A DNA stretch of 64,000 bases from Zootoca vivipara (lineage: Eukaryota), in contig NC_083283.1 of NCBI RefSeq assembly GCF_963506605.1, forward strand, positions 20,274,001 through 20,338,000. The letters are read 5' to 3'. Below the pieces are notes generated by a model. That model was given only the letters and a program-made list of their open reading frames with translations, searched no databases and was not told where the DNA came from. The translations under genes were made by a program, and so were the position numbers. This document shows, piece after piece, positions 12,001 through 24,351 of this stretch (within the stretch, counting starts at the first letter, position 1; each line of letters begins with the position of its first letter).

Positions 12001-15000
12001 AGCTTTACACTGTGGCCTGGTTGCTTCTTGAACTGCAAGTATGGGCATAGCTCCATGTGGCTAGTGGTTTGTGTGAAGCAGCACTACACAGTTCTGCAGC
12101 AGTTTCAACCTGTGTGATGCAGCACAGTTCAAAGGGGTGCAACTACATGACAAAATGCAAAAGGATTGTCATTTCAGGGTTCAGCCCACATGTCTGAACC
12201 GGCAGATAAGATGTACTCATTGGTCCTCATTTTCACATCATGTGCCCAGTTCAGAGGCTTCTCTTACAGGGATGAGAGGTGTATTTTGCACAATAATAGG
12301 TTTCCCCCATGACATCTACGTTGGGTCCATTCGGCCTGCACAACCATCGCGCAGGGCTGTCCCCACCACTGGACTCTACAAGGAAGGCTGCTTGCACAGC
12401 AGCACGTGCAAAACTGTGTGTGGACGAGAATACGAATCAGAAATACTCTGGTCACTGTAACTGACAAGGGTGATGCAGCAAACACGGTTACAAATAAAAA
12501 CAAGAACCTATTCTGACAATGCCTTCTCCCTCATTTGCAATTAATTCCTACAGATAATTCATTGGAACAGTTCAGCTGTATTTGCAATTTCGATCCTATT
12601 TGCTTGCTTTAAGAGTAATCCAAAATGCAAGGGCTGCATGCAGTTATTGCTTTTAAAAGAGCATTCCCTGCTGTCTCCAGTTGGGAAGTTTCCCTTCAGA
12701 ATCAGCAGTGCCATATGGCTTCTGATTAGTCCGTCTATTGCTTTTATCAGCACCGGCATTCCAGGGGGAATTGCTAAAAATAGTTTAACTTTCCTCCTAA
12801 GACAAAGGCGGTGGCAAAATACAAGACAGACCCGCTGGAATTCGGGTATCTTAGAGACAGTCAGCTTCGTGCTTCGATATGCCATGTGAGCATACGATAT
12901 ATAGATGCTTACCAAGAAAAAGTTGCTCTTGAAATTCTGTTTGGCTGATATTCATTCTCAGCAAACAGCCTACCAAGTTGTGCAGATTCCCCCCTCCTCC
13001 CTTCTGCTTCTAATTTGTGTGTGTAATGCCTTCGACTGTCACTGCGGTAGAAGCAGAAGTGTCCATTTCCTGTGTACATATGTTTTTGTGAAGGAGGGTC
13101 AGAAGAGTATCGGAGCTCATTGAATAGACAACTTGCATTAGTCTACAGATTTAAAATGACACCCAGCCACAGCCAGACTCATTGCAATCTGAATTAATAG
13201 CTTCTATTTTGTGGGAAATTTTTTATTTTTTTAAGCAGTCCTGAGAATAATATGTTTATTTGCATTCGCGCCTTTTAAAGTATTTAAAGGGAATTCACAA
13301 ACCCACAATCAGATATTTCCCATGGGGAGGTGAGCGCATTCTCTCGACTAGATAGAACAATGTCCCCGTGCCAAAGAACATCCCAGTTAATACCTACTAG
13401 GTGCGAGTCCGGATCGCAGGGTTTTGACATTAACAGAGAGCGTATATCTATATGTAGCCACACTGTTTAATAAGGAGGAAAAAATATAATAAATTCAAAT
13501 CCAATACTGTTGAAATTCTTGACAGTAGAGTAGTGCAAGGAATAGAACTTATAAATTATGTGTGCCCCTTTTTTGAAAAATGCTTCGGAGGTTTCTTTGT
13601 GCATTTGCAAATACAGTAGGAATATGAGGTATTGTGTGGTTCCTTCTGCACAGTACCTGATAAANNNNNNNNNNNNNNNNNNNNNNNNNNNNNNNNNNNN
13701 NNNNNNNNNNNNNNNNNNNNNNNNNNNNNNNNNNNNNNNNNNNNNNNNNNNNNNNNNNNNNNNNNNNNNNNNNNNNNNNNNNNNNNNNNNNNNNNNNNNN
13801 NNNNNNNNNNNNATAAAATTGCTTAAAAATTTATTAACTACTTCACAGTTGTTAGATAGATCTGTGCACTTGTTTATTTGGGTTGATTAATGCCTTTTCA
13901 GTATTCTCCAACATGCCAACTCATGGTTTATACAAGTTTTTGAATAAAATAATGTAAGGGGGGAAAACGATAGGGATCTGCACCATACACAGCAATAAAT
14001 CAAAGGCATTTTGTGAACAGTCTTTCCTGTTGCTAAACAATTCTCAACATTTTTCACTTGTATATGTACCTCCTAAATATTCCATGGGACATCTGTTCCC
14101 CCCTCCTCCATATATTTATCTGAATGGCCCATTCACATAGAGGATATCAGCAACAGTTCATGTAAATTCTATGAAATTAATGGAGAGGGTTTGCTGTATT
14201 ACATTAGGATTAATGAGATGATATCCCATAATTTCCCAGTAATTTTTCCTTGTTTACGATCAAAGGATGTTGTCAAATGATACTCAACCTCTAATCTTAG
14301 CTCCTGCATATACAAACTCTACCACCTTTTAGTGGCAGGCAATGTAGAAACTGGTATGATTATGCTCTGTCCAGCAAAGCGCCGTTTGTCTCTCACATGC
14401 CCGGTGACAAATCCAATATATTCATTATTATACTGCAATGGAAATATTATTATTATGCATGTGCGAAGCAAGATGAAAAGGACCACACAACATAGTATTG
14501 TAGAATGGATTCATTCTTACTGCGCTGATCACCTTTGAGGTGGAAAAACTCCATTTTTATTCTTTGTACTATAAATACTCAACCATGCATTCACACATTA
14601 AGAGAACAAGCCACCTTTTCTTATTTTTCTGTGGGTGTGGACCCTTCTGTGCTACCAGCTTTCAGCTCAGAAGCAAGGCAGTCAAGCAGGCACGCTGGGC
14701 CTCCAAACCAGTGCTTGCATGCAAGGGACTGGTTGCAGGCCATCAGGGATTTAGCTTGTTTCCTGAACAGAAACTCCTCCAAACGACATCTCAAGTGTTA
14801 CTCACATAGACATGGTTGGTTTCAAGTTTGAACAGCAATATGACATGTAGTGCTACAATTCAGCAAAGGTAAACAAAACAGCCATGGCATGTTCAGAACT
14901 CTCACACATGCTTCTCTGGATCATGACCCTGATTTTTCTTTACAGGAAGAATTAATTCAATAATCCAATTTTTCAAACTGTTTGTCGCACGTGGCTAAGA

Positions 15001-15754
15001 AAACACAAAAGTCTCGTATTTGTCATTTTACAAGTTCTTTATTTGGAAGCAAAGGAAAGGTACGTCTTACCACTGCCCAGAAACCCTTTGTGCATAATAC
15101 TGAAAAGTAGCTTGACAAAATGAGTGGAAGGTGCCTGTCGCTAAAGAGGAACCAAAGTATCTTGCCACGTGTCTTCTAACCTAGTTGGCAGGCTATCTTT
15201 TATGATTATAAGGATTTGAGTCTGTGTCTTTCATGTGAGTGCTGGAGTGTAGTAATTAATGTAAAGTTCCACTAGATAGAGACATAAACTACATCAGTGC
15301 TCAGAAGAAGGGAATAAAGAATTCGCAGGGAAAAAAATAATGTGATAAATTTTATTTGCCTTTCCCCCTTGATTGAGCTGTCACAGCTTATTTACCACAG
15401 GGGGAGATAGTTAAACTCGTATTCTTAGAAGTTCTGTGCATCTTAAGAGGCTTATAGGTTTCCTTCTGGGACCTTAGTTCAAATCCTGAGCTAATCGGAG
15501 TCAATACACATCTTTCTATTAGGAGGTTGTAAAAATAAAATAAAGTCTTGTGTGAAATCTCTCCTAGAGGACCAGTGTCCAGACTACAAAACTATTAAAT
15601 ATCTGGCACAAATCTCAACCTTTGCTTTTACGCAGCTGAATTCAAGCGGCAAAATCCTCCCACATCTTCCACATTTAGGCCTCCTGGTTGGGATTTAAAA
15701 GTAACATTGTTCTGCAAACAGTCAGAAGATGTAGCTTCTTCATTTATCTAACTC

Positions 15755-15830
15755 AGGGTTGGCCCTCCAGATGTTGTTGGACTCCCAACTCCCATCAGCC
15801 CCAGCCAGCGTGGCCAATGATCAGAGATCA
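15755..15830. mobile_element. Fragment of palindromic hAT-type MITE
   Basis: ggccctccagatgttgttggactcccaactcccatcagc matches the left arm of the 59410-59546 element. Confidence 0.55.
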
Positions 15831-17474
15831 TCAGAGATCAAAACAACTATGCTGAAGGAAGTGTTTCTCATGACATCCCTGGAAATAATGCCTCGTCTTG
15901 GGCTGGGTTGGCATGATTTCCTGCAAGTGTGGATTAAATAGCAACTGCTGGGGTTTAGAACTCAGGTTCCAGGGACTTTGATAACCAAATACTTGGTGTG
16001 CCCAAAGTGTCCACATTTGTTATTACACCTGTACCCTCTTCCATATTGGAAACACATTTTTTACAATGCCTGGAACGAAAACATCACTAGCTGTGCCCTT
16101 GGGTTGGCCCATGCATTTAAACAAAGACGGCAAAGGAATCTATATTTATCAAAACAAACATGGAAGCACTTAGGAACATGGGAGGTTTCCATGCACACAG
16201 ATCTTTCCTGTGAATGAATTAGATTGAAACAAATGATTTTTGCACAAATCTGGCATTTTCTACTGTAAGTTATAAGCATCTGACAGGAAGAATGGGATGC
16301 TTCTCTGGTCAGATTTTGTGCAGTACCAAGCAGATTTGGCTTCATTCTTCCTCTACCATCTCCTGAAACAACCTTTATTACAACGAACAGCACACACTAA
16401 GCAATCTACAGGTGCACAGGGGCTGCCTAGCTGAATCCCTGCATGGTCAGCAGGATTTCTAAATGACCAAGGAAAATGTGTTTGCATACCCCCTTCAGGC
16501 AAGCTGTCAAAAATCAGGCTGCAGCTGATAAACTGATTATAAAGCTGCTTAAGACTTTGCTTGTAAACAGAAGCATTTATCAACTAATAATTTGCAATAA
16601 ACTGACGTAACTCCCAGCTGAGCCCCAAACTGTAATTGTCTCTACCATCTGCCTATTAAAATACCATTCTTCATCACGATGCAGGAGCAGACCGGGGGGG
16701 GGGGGAATCTCTAGCAACTATGTAAGATACTGGCATGTTACGAATAATCCGTGCAACGTCCCGATCTGATTATAACTAATAGGTGCTATAGTATATACCC
16801 TTAACTTCCCTTGCTGCATGGTATTTATTTCCTGAGTACAAAACATGCTTCTTACGGGAGAAAAACAACAACATTGTAGTCCTCTCCTCATATCAACATT
16901 TCTCTTTTAGTCGCTCTGCAGGAATGTTCTAACAGAAGGTGCCTTCAAGGACAAGTCTGAAAAGGAAGTTTTCCACTTTGCCGACTGTTTGCTTTAGCAT
17001 TCTCCATATATTGGCCTCTGAGCCATGCATATGTTCCAGTTGGGTGCCACTAAACTATTTTGCATGGGAAACTATTGCTATAAGTTTATGGCAAACTGAA
17101 TCAAGCTATACTGCCCCCTGTGAAGTTTTGCGCACTTTTAAAACTGAAACAGAAAATGTGTCAGTTTCAATGCCATTGAATATTTTTTAGTTATATATAT
17201 ATTAAAAAATCACAGGCGTAAATACATTTGGGTAGTCTAATAATCTCTTAGCTCTTTTTAATCATCTACAAGTCAGCAGTTTTGACAGGTGTTGCACAGT
17301 TGGGCCACGAGGCGTCCCAATGTCAAACATGCCTTCCTTTGTAGTGCCTGAAAGGTATAGCAAGCGTCAGGAACCACGGTGGCACAACTGAGTTGTGGAT
17401 GAGGCTCATTCCCTACAAATATTTATTATTAATTTCAAATCATCAAAAAAATTGGATGGCAAAAAAATTGTTTC

Positions 17475-17630
17475 ATTTATTTATTTAGTTCATTTCCTTC
17501 AAGGAGCTCGAGGCGATGCACATGCTTCCATTTTATCTTCACAACAGCCCTGTGACGTAGGTTCGGCTGAGAGACAGCAACTGGCCCATGGTCACCCACT
17601 TGACTGCATGGCTGAATGGGGATTTGAATA
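17475..17630 (-). mobile_element. MIR/CORE-like SINE fragment
   Basis: ttttatcttcacaacagccctgtgacgtagg...tggcccatggtcaccca...ggggatttgaa is the reverse complement of a CORE-type SINE body and B-box region. Confidence 0.6.
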
Positions 17631-18479
17631 ATTGAACTTTCCCTCTTCAGGTTTTTCTGCTGTCAAGGTTTGGGCTTTGGACATGACTGCCAATGACATG
17701 GATGTGAAATCTTACGGGGCTGGAAGCAGCAGGTAAGGTAAGGGGGGTTTGAGCAGGAGGGGGGAATAATTGGCAGAAGAGGTTAATTAAGGGTTTCAGG
17801 CATTCAAAGAAGGGTGTTGCCATAGGCAAACTCTTCTCTTCAAATGCTTGTGCTAGCCTTGATCCTGTGAACCGCCATTTCCTTCCCTCCACATCCTTCT
17901 TGTAGGGTGTGTGGATGTTATTGCTGTTTTAGTTCTGTTCCAAAACTCACTCTTCACAACTATTTTTATAATACAACTTAAATGTATTTCCGGTGACCTA
18001 ATGTAATAGAGTGTAATAGAAGTAGGAAAATGGCATGGCTACAATTTTGGTGAACTTAAATATACAGAATCCAGAATTCCCTGCACCGTCTGCTTCAAAT
18101 AATTCATTCTTTTTCATGTCCCAATGATATTATTTCATGAGTTTATATTCCAGGCTTTCTGTACAACATTTCAGGCAGGCAATGATCACCAGTAAAGGCA
18201 GTTCTGCCTTGAACAGATACCTCAAAGGGTCAGCTCTTGTTCCATGGGGGGGACAGTGTGAATGCAGCCATTCATTCTGATGAGCCACAAACTGTTAAGT
18301 GTACACATGTGTGCCTTTGAAGCTGTACAAGGTATTATTACCCTGTGCAGCATGCTGCCTGTGTCCATCAAATCATTTAATTTATGCTTCCTGAAGTTCA
18401 AGTTTTATTTAAAGGGGGAGGGAAAGTGAGGAGGAAATTGGCATCCATATGGAAACAGAGGTGGTGAAAAGAAGCAATG

Positions 18480-19260
18480 TTTTTTTAGCGTGACAGTGAG
18501 GTGGTTTCCTCCCCCCCCTTTTCTTTTCTAGCCTTATTGATAGCATAAATTAATCAATGATTTGCGTTTGCTGGTGCTACAGCTCTCCAACATGGAGCGA
18601 ACCCCTGCCAAAAACACAGTTTGTCCCATGTGCAGCAAAAACCAGCCAGATGGTGCAGAGGAGGGTTTATTTCTCCTTACATTAACTTTTCAAAGATAAA
18701 GCATTTGATAGCCGCACAAAAAAATAGCAGTTAAGCTGTCAGAACTAAGTCATCAACTTCTTCAACTTCCAAAAATTGCAGGATGTCTGGAAATACAGTT
18801 TGGGGGTCTGTACACTGGTGGAGATATAATCTCCCAAATTACTCCCGGACCAGTTTCTTCCTTTGTTTGTTTTAACACACACACACCCACTTCCCAAAAC
18901 GGTGTGAGGATTAAGTTGTTAAATGAAAATAATACATTGCGTTGATAGGTTGATAGGCTAATAAGAATAATTTGATTTTTGCTCGTTTTCCTTATCAATT
19001 TGCATATATTCAGAGTTTAGCAAGGACTTTCAAGCATTCGACATCGGGGGAAATGCTCTCCGTTTATAACACAACAACCGGCATTTGGAGAGAGAGAGAG
19101 AAATAACCATATTGCCTGCAGATGGCATCCTATGCATATCATGAGCGCTTCTGGTATGAAAAAACGGAGAGGAGAAGCTATTATTTATTTAATTTAACAC
19201 TACACTGAACGTTTACTTTGTTGCCCATACAGTTGATAAAAGTGAGAGATTTCAGAGTCT
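18480..19260. promoter_or_regulatory. Candidate intronic enhancer (GATA cluster plus octamer)
   Basis: Repeat-free block with seven WGATAR sites and ATTTGCAT at 18998-19005. Motif evidence only. Confidence 0.4.
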
Positions 19261-21328
19261 AATTAAGCACTCTTGCAGGTCCTTATGTACTTTTAAAAAA
19301 ATCAAAAAATCCCAGGGCTGATTACTTGTTTGTTTGCTTTACTAGCACATTTAATCAAAATGGATCTCAACTACAAGCCTCAAGAATCCAACAGGATAAC
19401 ATGTCAGCCTTAAATTCATTTACTTGGAAGTAAGTTGCAGTGGGTTTCAGCTGGACTTTCCCTTAAGTCAGTGTGTTTAAGACAACAGCCTGTGCTAGCA
19501 AAGCATCAGAGGTGTGTTGCTGCTAAAATGCCATAATGGGAAGCCCAGGAAGCCTGGGGGTTATTAAAGTATTACAAATAAAAACCAAGGTGGATAAAAA
19601 TCTTATTTTCCTGTATCCGTGGTGCAGTTGGGTATTTTTTTTTCCCCGCCCTGATTTAATGGTCTCATGCCCACCTCCCTCCCCAATATGGCCTAATGTA
19701 TTATTTTATTTATTTCAAAAGTATAATTTCATTTAGTGATCTCTGGACTGATTTCCAGCTCTGGCTACTTTCCACGACAGGCTACTGGGTTACATGGCTA
19801 AGAGGTCAGGTTAAACAAAGCTTTTGCCTATTTTATACAGGCAGATCCTTTGAACACTTTACTAAGCCCTGTTGGATTTGGGTCCCCCTCTTCTGAGCAG
19901 ACGTGCAGAGGGTTGAGCTGATAGTGGGGCCGGATTGGTAGAATGAAGTTTGGATGGGGGGGGTATATTATTCTTGCAACACAGTGCAAACTCATGCATG
20001 TTAATTCCTAAGGAAGCCCCACAGTTTACTCACAGTTGAGTGTGAAAAGACTGCTTGCGGGGAGAACAAGGGATAAACATCTTCATTTAATCTGAGCATT
20101 TGTCCATGTAACTCACTGCTTTGTCTTCAAAAACAGCAACAGCTGGACATTTCAGAAGACTTTAACCCACAGGTCCAGTGTATACTTCACTTTGCAATCA
20201 TAAAAAGTTCCATTTTTAGCATTTATTTATTATCTGGTTGAATATTTAATCCATTGATCATATGATTTGGCATTCCCTCAATCTGAAGTCCAAGAGGAAT
20301 GGGGGATCGTTCGTTCCACAGTATTTGAATTCTAAATGGCTAACAACCCAATCCTATGCATTTTTTTTTAAAAAAATGGGACTGATTTCTAGGTAAGTAG
20401 TTAAAGGATTGCATAATTAGTGCCACTGGGATTAAGTCGCCTTGAATTCAAATTCTGGATTGCAGATGTAATATTTTGTGATGTTTGCTCTAGTGACAAA
20501 TCTCCTCTCACTTTTGTTATCTTACATGTTGATTTCATTAAAACACACTCGCAAAAATACTTATCTTTTTCTGAGTTTCCATATATTAACTGATTTAGTG
20601 TTCCTTTCAGCTGATGTAAAAATGCTGTCCTCACATTTAGAAGGACAGAATATTAAAGTGATAGGGACTTGGTTTCAAATTGCCCAACAAAATATTTGTT
20701 TTAGACAATATTGTTCTACAACCACACCTGCCATGTGTCTGTAGTTTGCATTTAAGTTGCGAAAACGCTGGTGCTTCCTGACAAGAAATCTTATGAATGA
20801 AGTCTAGCTTCAGGAGAACTCTTTATTTCTATGGGGACAAGACAGCAGCACAAGTTAATTAAACTGGTAACACTGTGATTAGTTTCAATCAGGGATCAGC
20901 TGAGGCTGGTGGTTGTAAGGGAATGTGCATTTTCCACAGACATGAGTAACAATGCTTATAACATTTTTTTTCACATTTATTCTGTGCATTCAGTAGTAAC
21001 AATGACAAAGACATTCAAACAGGTTAGAAGGTGGATTTTTTTAAAAAAAAATCTAGCCATTGTAAATCCATTAGCATAATGATTATTTGGCGGCTTAAAT
21101 GCAGTATGCCTATGAATAAGGATATATGCATTTTAATAGTGTTAAATACATAGGGCACAGTCCAAAGTTAAGCACTTTATAGTCCCAACAGGAGTAAACA
21201 ACATACTTCTGTTTCTTCTCCTGAACTTTATTGGGCTTTCTTTTACTAATAAATAGCTTAGAAATACCTGGAAATAAGGCCCACTGAACTCAATAGGTCT
21301 CGCTTCTGAATTAAGATGGACACATATG

Positions 21329-21543
21329 TAGGGTTGCCAGATTCAATAGAGGACAGGACTTCTGTGCCTTTAATTGCTCTGCTCTCTTTTGAGTCTGGAA
21401 ACCTTACAGAGAAACCAGCAGACCCTTTGCTTGGAAATTAAACAAAGGGTCTGCTGGTTTCTCTTTAAGGTTTCTAGACTCAAAAGAGAGCAGGGCAATT
21501 AAAGGCACAGAAGTCCTGTCCTCTATTGAGTCTGGCAACCCTA
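21329..21543. mobile_element. hAT MITE (TAGGGTTGCCA termini), almost fully palindromic
   Basis: Exact 8-bp TSD CACATATG (21321-21328, 21544-21551). The two ~100-bp halves are near-perfect reverse complements. Confidence 0.93.
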
Positions 21544-22419
21544 CACATATGTCATTTTTTGTTGCTGAAGTTTCTCATTTTTTCTAATCTTAAATTTACT
21601 TCTCTAACATTTCTGCAACAACTGGCTTTTTCAAAAAAAAATCATCCTTGAAAATTCACCAATATTTTAGTGCAAATCTCTCCAAAAAGGTTTTGTATGC
21701 AGTTAACTATAAATTTTGAAAGCAATTTCCACTGTTATAATGAATGTTTAATATTATTTTTTTACTAATATTATGCATTTCATGCCCACTTCACCCCTGT
21801 ATATGCGTACCATAATTTAGTCAGAGAACTGCACTGCAAAATTTGGAAGAATGGAAATTTTGGAGGATAGCTGCGTTTGGGTTTGCATATTGTTTCAAAA
21901 AGTGCAGATTTGGTAAATATGCCTTAGATTGTGAAAATATAGGGTGGCAATGACCAGGGCCAGAATAATCCTGGTCAGGCCCTAAAAGCAAGAGGAACTC
22001 CATTTTCTAAATCTCTCTGCCTCTGATAGAAAGTAAATTAGACAGCACTTTGCACACAGGCACAGCATGTTTGCACATCTAATGCAAAGATCTAACCACA
22101 CACAGCACTTCTGAGAAATTCTAGCAAACTAGACAGGGCCTGTTTCAACCCCCCTACTTCTAAATAGACATGCAATGTGATTTCCCTGTTAGGTTGCAAT
22201 CCCACACTCTGGCTCAAACTTGACAGGAACTAATTTCTGAGAAAACAAATTTAGGCTCACAGAGGCCCAGTTCACACATCAAGAAAAGCCTTAATGTGAA
22301 TGAGCAAATGTGAGGACTCCCTGAGATGAGATCATGGCCATTTTGCTCTTCTCTGATCGTTTGGTTGCTGCACTAAGCTATGACTTAGCTGACTGTGACT
22401 CTTGACTTAGCTCTCTCCA

Positions 22420-24190
22420 GAAGAAAAAAAGATTTGGCACAAAGTATTGAGACAGAAATTCACAAAAAAGTAAAATATTTAGGGATGTGGTTAACAGCAA
22501 GAAATATAAATGTGTATAAAGACAATTATGAAAAAGTATGGTGTGACATAAAAAGGAACTTAGAAATATGGGGTAGAATGAACCTTTCCCTATTAGGAAG
22601 AATTGCGGTGGTTAAAATGAATGTATTGCTGAAAATGCTCTTTCTTTTTCAGACAGTCCCAGTAATGGTTAAGGATGATTGCCTCAAAAGATGGCAAAAG
22701 GATATTTCTAAATTTGTCTGGGGGGTGGGGTGGGCAAGAGGCCAAGGATTAAACACAAGATATGTACAGATATAAAAGAAAGAGGAGGCTTCGCCCTTCC
22801 AGACTTTAAATTGTACTATGAGGCTGCATGTTTGGTGTGGATTAGGGACTGGATAAAACTGGAAAAGAAGCATTAGATTTGGAAGATCACGATAACAGAT
22901 ATGGATGGCATGCATACTTATGGTATGGGAAAGGGAAAGTACATAAAGGATTCTACAATCATATAATTAGGAAATCACTAATGAGAGTGTGGGAGAGGTA
23001 CAAAGATTTAATAGAACAAAAAACACCTTGGTGGTTATCACCAATTGAAGCTTCGTTATTCAAACCACTTGGTAAAAAGAGGAAGTGGCCTACATATAGA
23101 GATCTACTGAGAGATCAAGAAGGAAAATTAAAATTAAAAGAGACAAAATTAAAGAACATTTTCAGAGTTGGTTACATTACAGACAATTAAATGAGATGTA
23201 CAAGGAGGACAATAAAAAAGGGTTTGGCTATACAATCCTCCATATTCCAAAAGGAAGTAATAGAAGAAGACGTTAAGCTATTGATGAAAGCATACAGCAT
23301 TCTGCTAGAATGGGAAACGAAAGATGAGGAAGTCAAATTAGTCATGATCAAATGGGCCCAAGATGTAGGACATAATATACAATTTGAGGACTGGGAAAAA
23401 TTGTGGAAAGTAGATTTGAAATTCACAGATTGTTCTCTATTGAAGGAAAATTATACGAAAATGATGTATAGATGGTATATTACACCAGTAAAAATGGCAA
23501 AAATGTACAAAACTGGGTCAAATACATGTTGGAAGTGTAAAGAAAAAGAAGGTACTTTTTATCATATGTGGTAGGAATGTAGAGAAGTCCAAAAGTTTTG
23601 GGAGATGATATATAATGAATTGAAAAAAATGTTCAAAATTACATTTGTAAAAAAAAAAAAAACCAGAAGCATTTCTGTTAGGGATCTCAGGACAAGACCT
23701 GCCAAGGAAAACAAAGAATTTATTTATGTATGCTACAACAGCGGCAAGAGTCTTGTTAGCACAAAAATTGAAGACTGATGAAATCCCAACGAAAGAACAA
23801 TGGCAAGAAAGACTGGTGAGTTATGCGGAACTGGCAAAGTTAACACACAAACTACGTGAGAAGGACAACCCTGACTTCAAGGAAGAATGGGAACTTTTTA
23901 CAAATTATTTAAAAAGACAACAGAAGGATTTGGACTCCTTGGCAGGTTTTGAATAAACATTTGCAAATTTATTAGTAGAACAGATGATAGATAAGGTAAT
24001 GATATGTACAGCAATTTTACAACATGCAGAGAATAATATGTACAAACAAACCAGAGAGGGGAGCTGAAGGAAGTCCTTGGAGGGTAGGAGACGGAGGGAT
24101 GGGATGAAATAAAAGGGGGGGGAATGTAATTGGATATATGGATTGTTAAATTGTTTTGATAAATTTGTTTTTAATAAAAATATTTAAAAA
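22420..24190 (+). mobile_element. 5'-truncated L1-clade LINE (3' part of ORF2 plus 3' UTR), frameshifted
   Basis: ORF pieces KVKYLGMWL..., [38 protein letters not shown]...CWKCKEKEGTFYHMW (L1 C-terminal cysteine motif). AATAAA and an A-rich tail near 24174-24190. Confidence 0.9.
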
Positions 24191-24214
24191 TATTTTTTGC
24201 AAATACACATTTAA

Positions 24215-24351
24215 AGCTCAGGTCGTAGAGCATGAGATTCTTAAACTCGGAATCAGGGGTTCAAGCCCCACATGGGGGAAAGTTTCATGCATTGCAGGGG
24301 GTTGGACTAGATGACCCTGGTGGTCCCTTCCACCTCTACAATTGTATGATT
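24215..24351 (+). mobile_element. tRNA-derived SINE with CR1-type 3' tail
   Basis: agctcaggtcgtagagcatgagattcttaa...ggttcaagcccca is a tRNA-Lys-like head with A/B boxes. It is followed by gggttggactagatgacc...gtcccttcca, a CR1 3' end. Confidence 0.75.

Noticed and set aside
15150-15185. Minus-strand DTWQ resembling ZFPM2 exon 5 (DVTWQG)
   Set aside because: Surrounding residues and splice sites do not match; it is a chance hit.
24215-24280. tRNA-Lys-like sequence
   Set aside because: It is degenerate and fused to a CR1 tail, so it is a SINE head rather than a tRNA gene.
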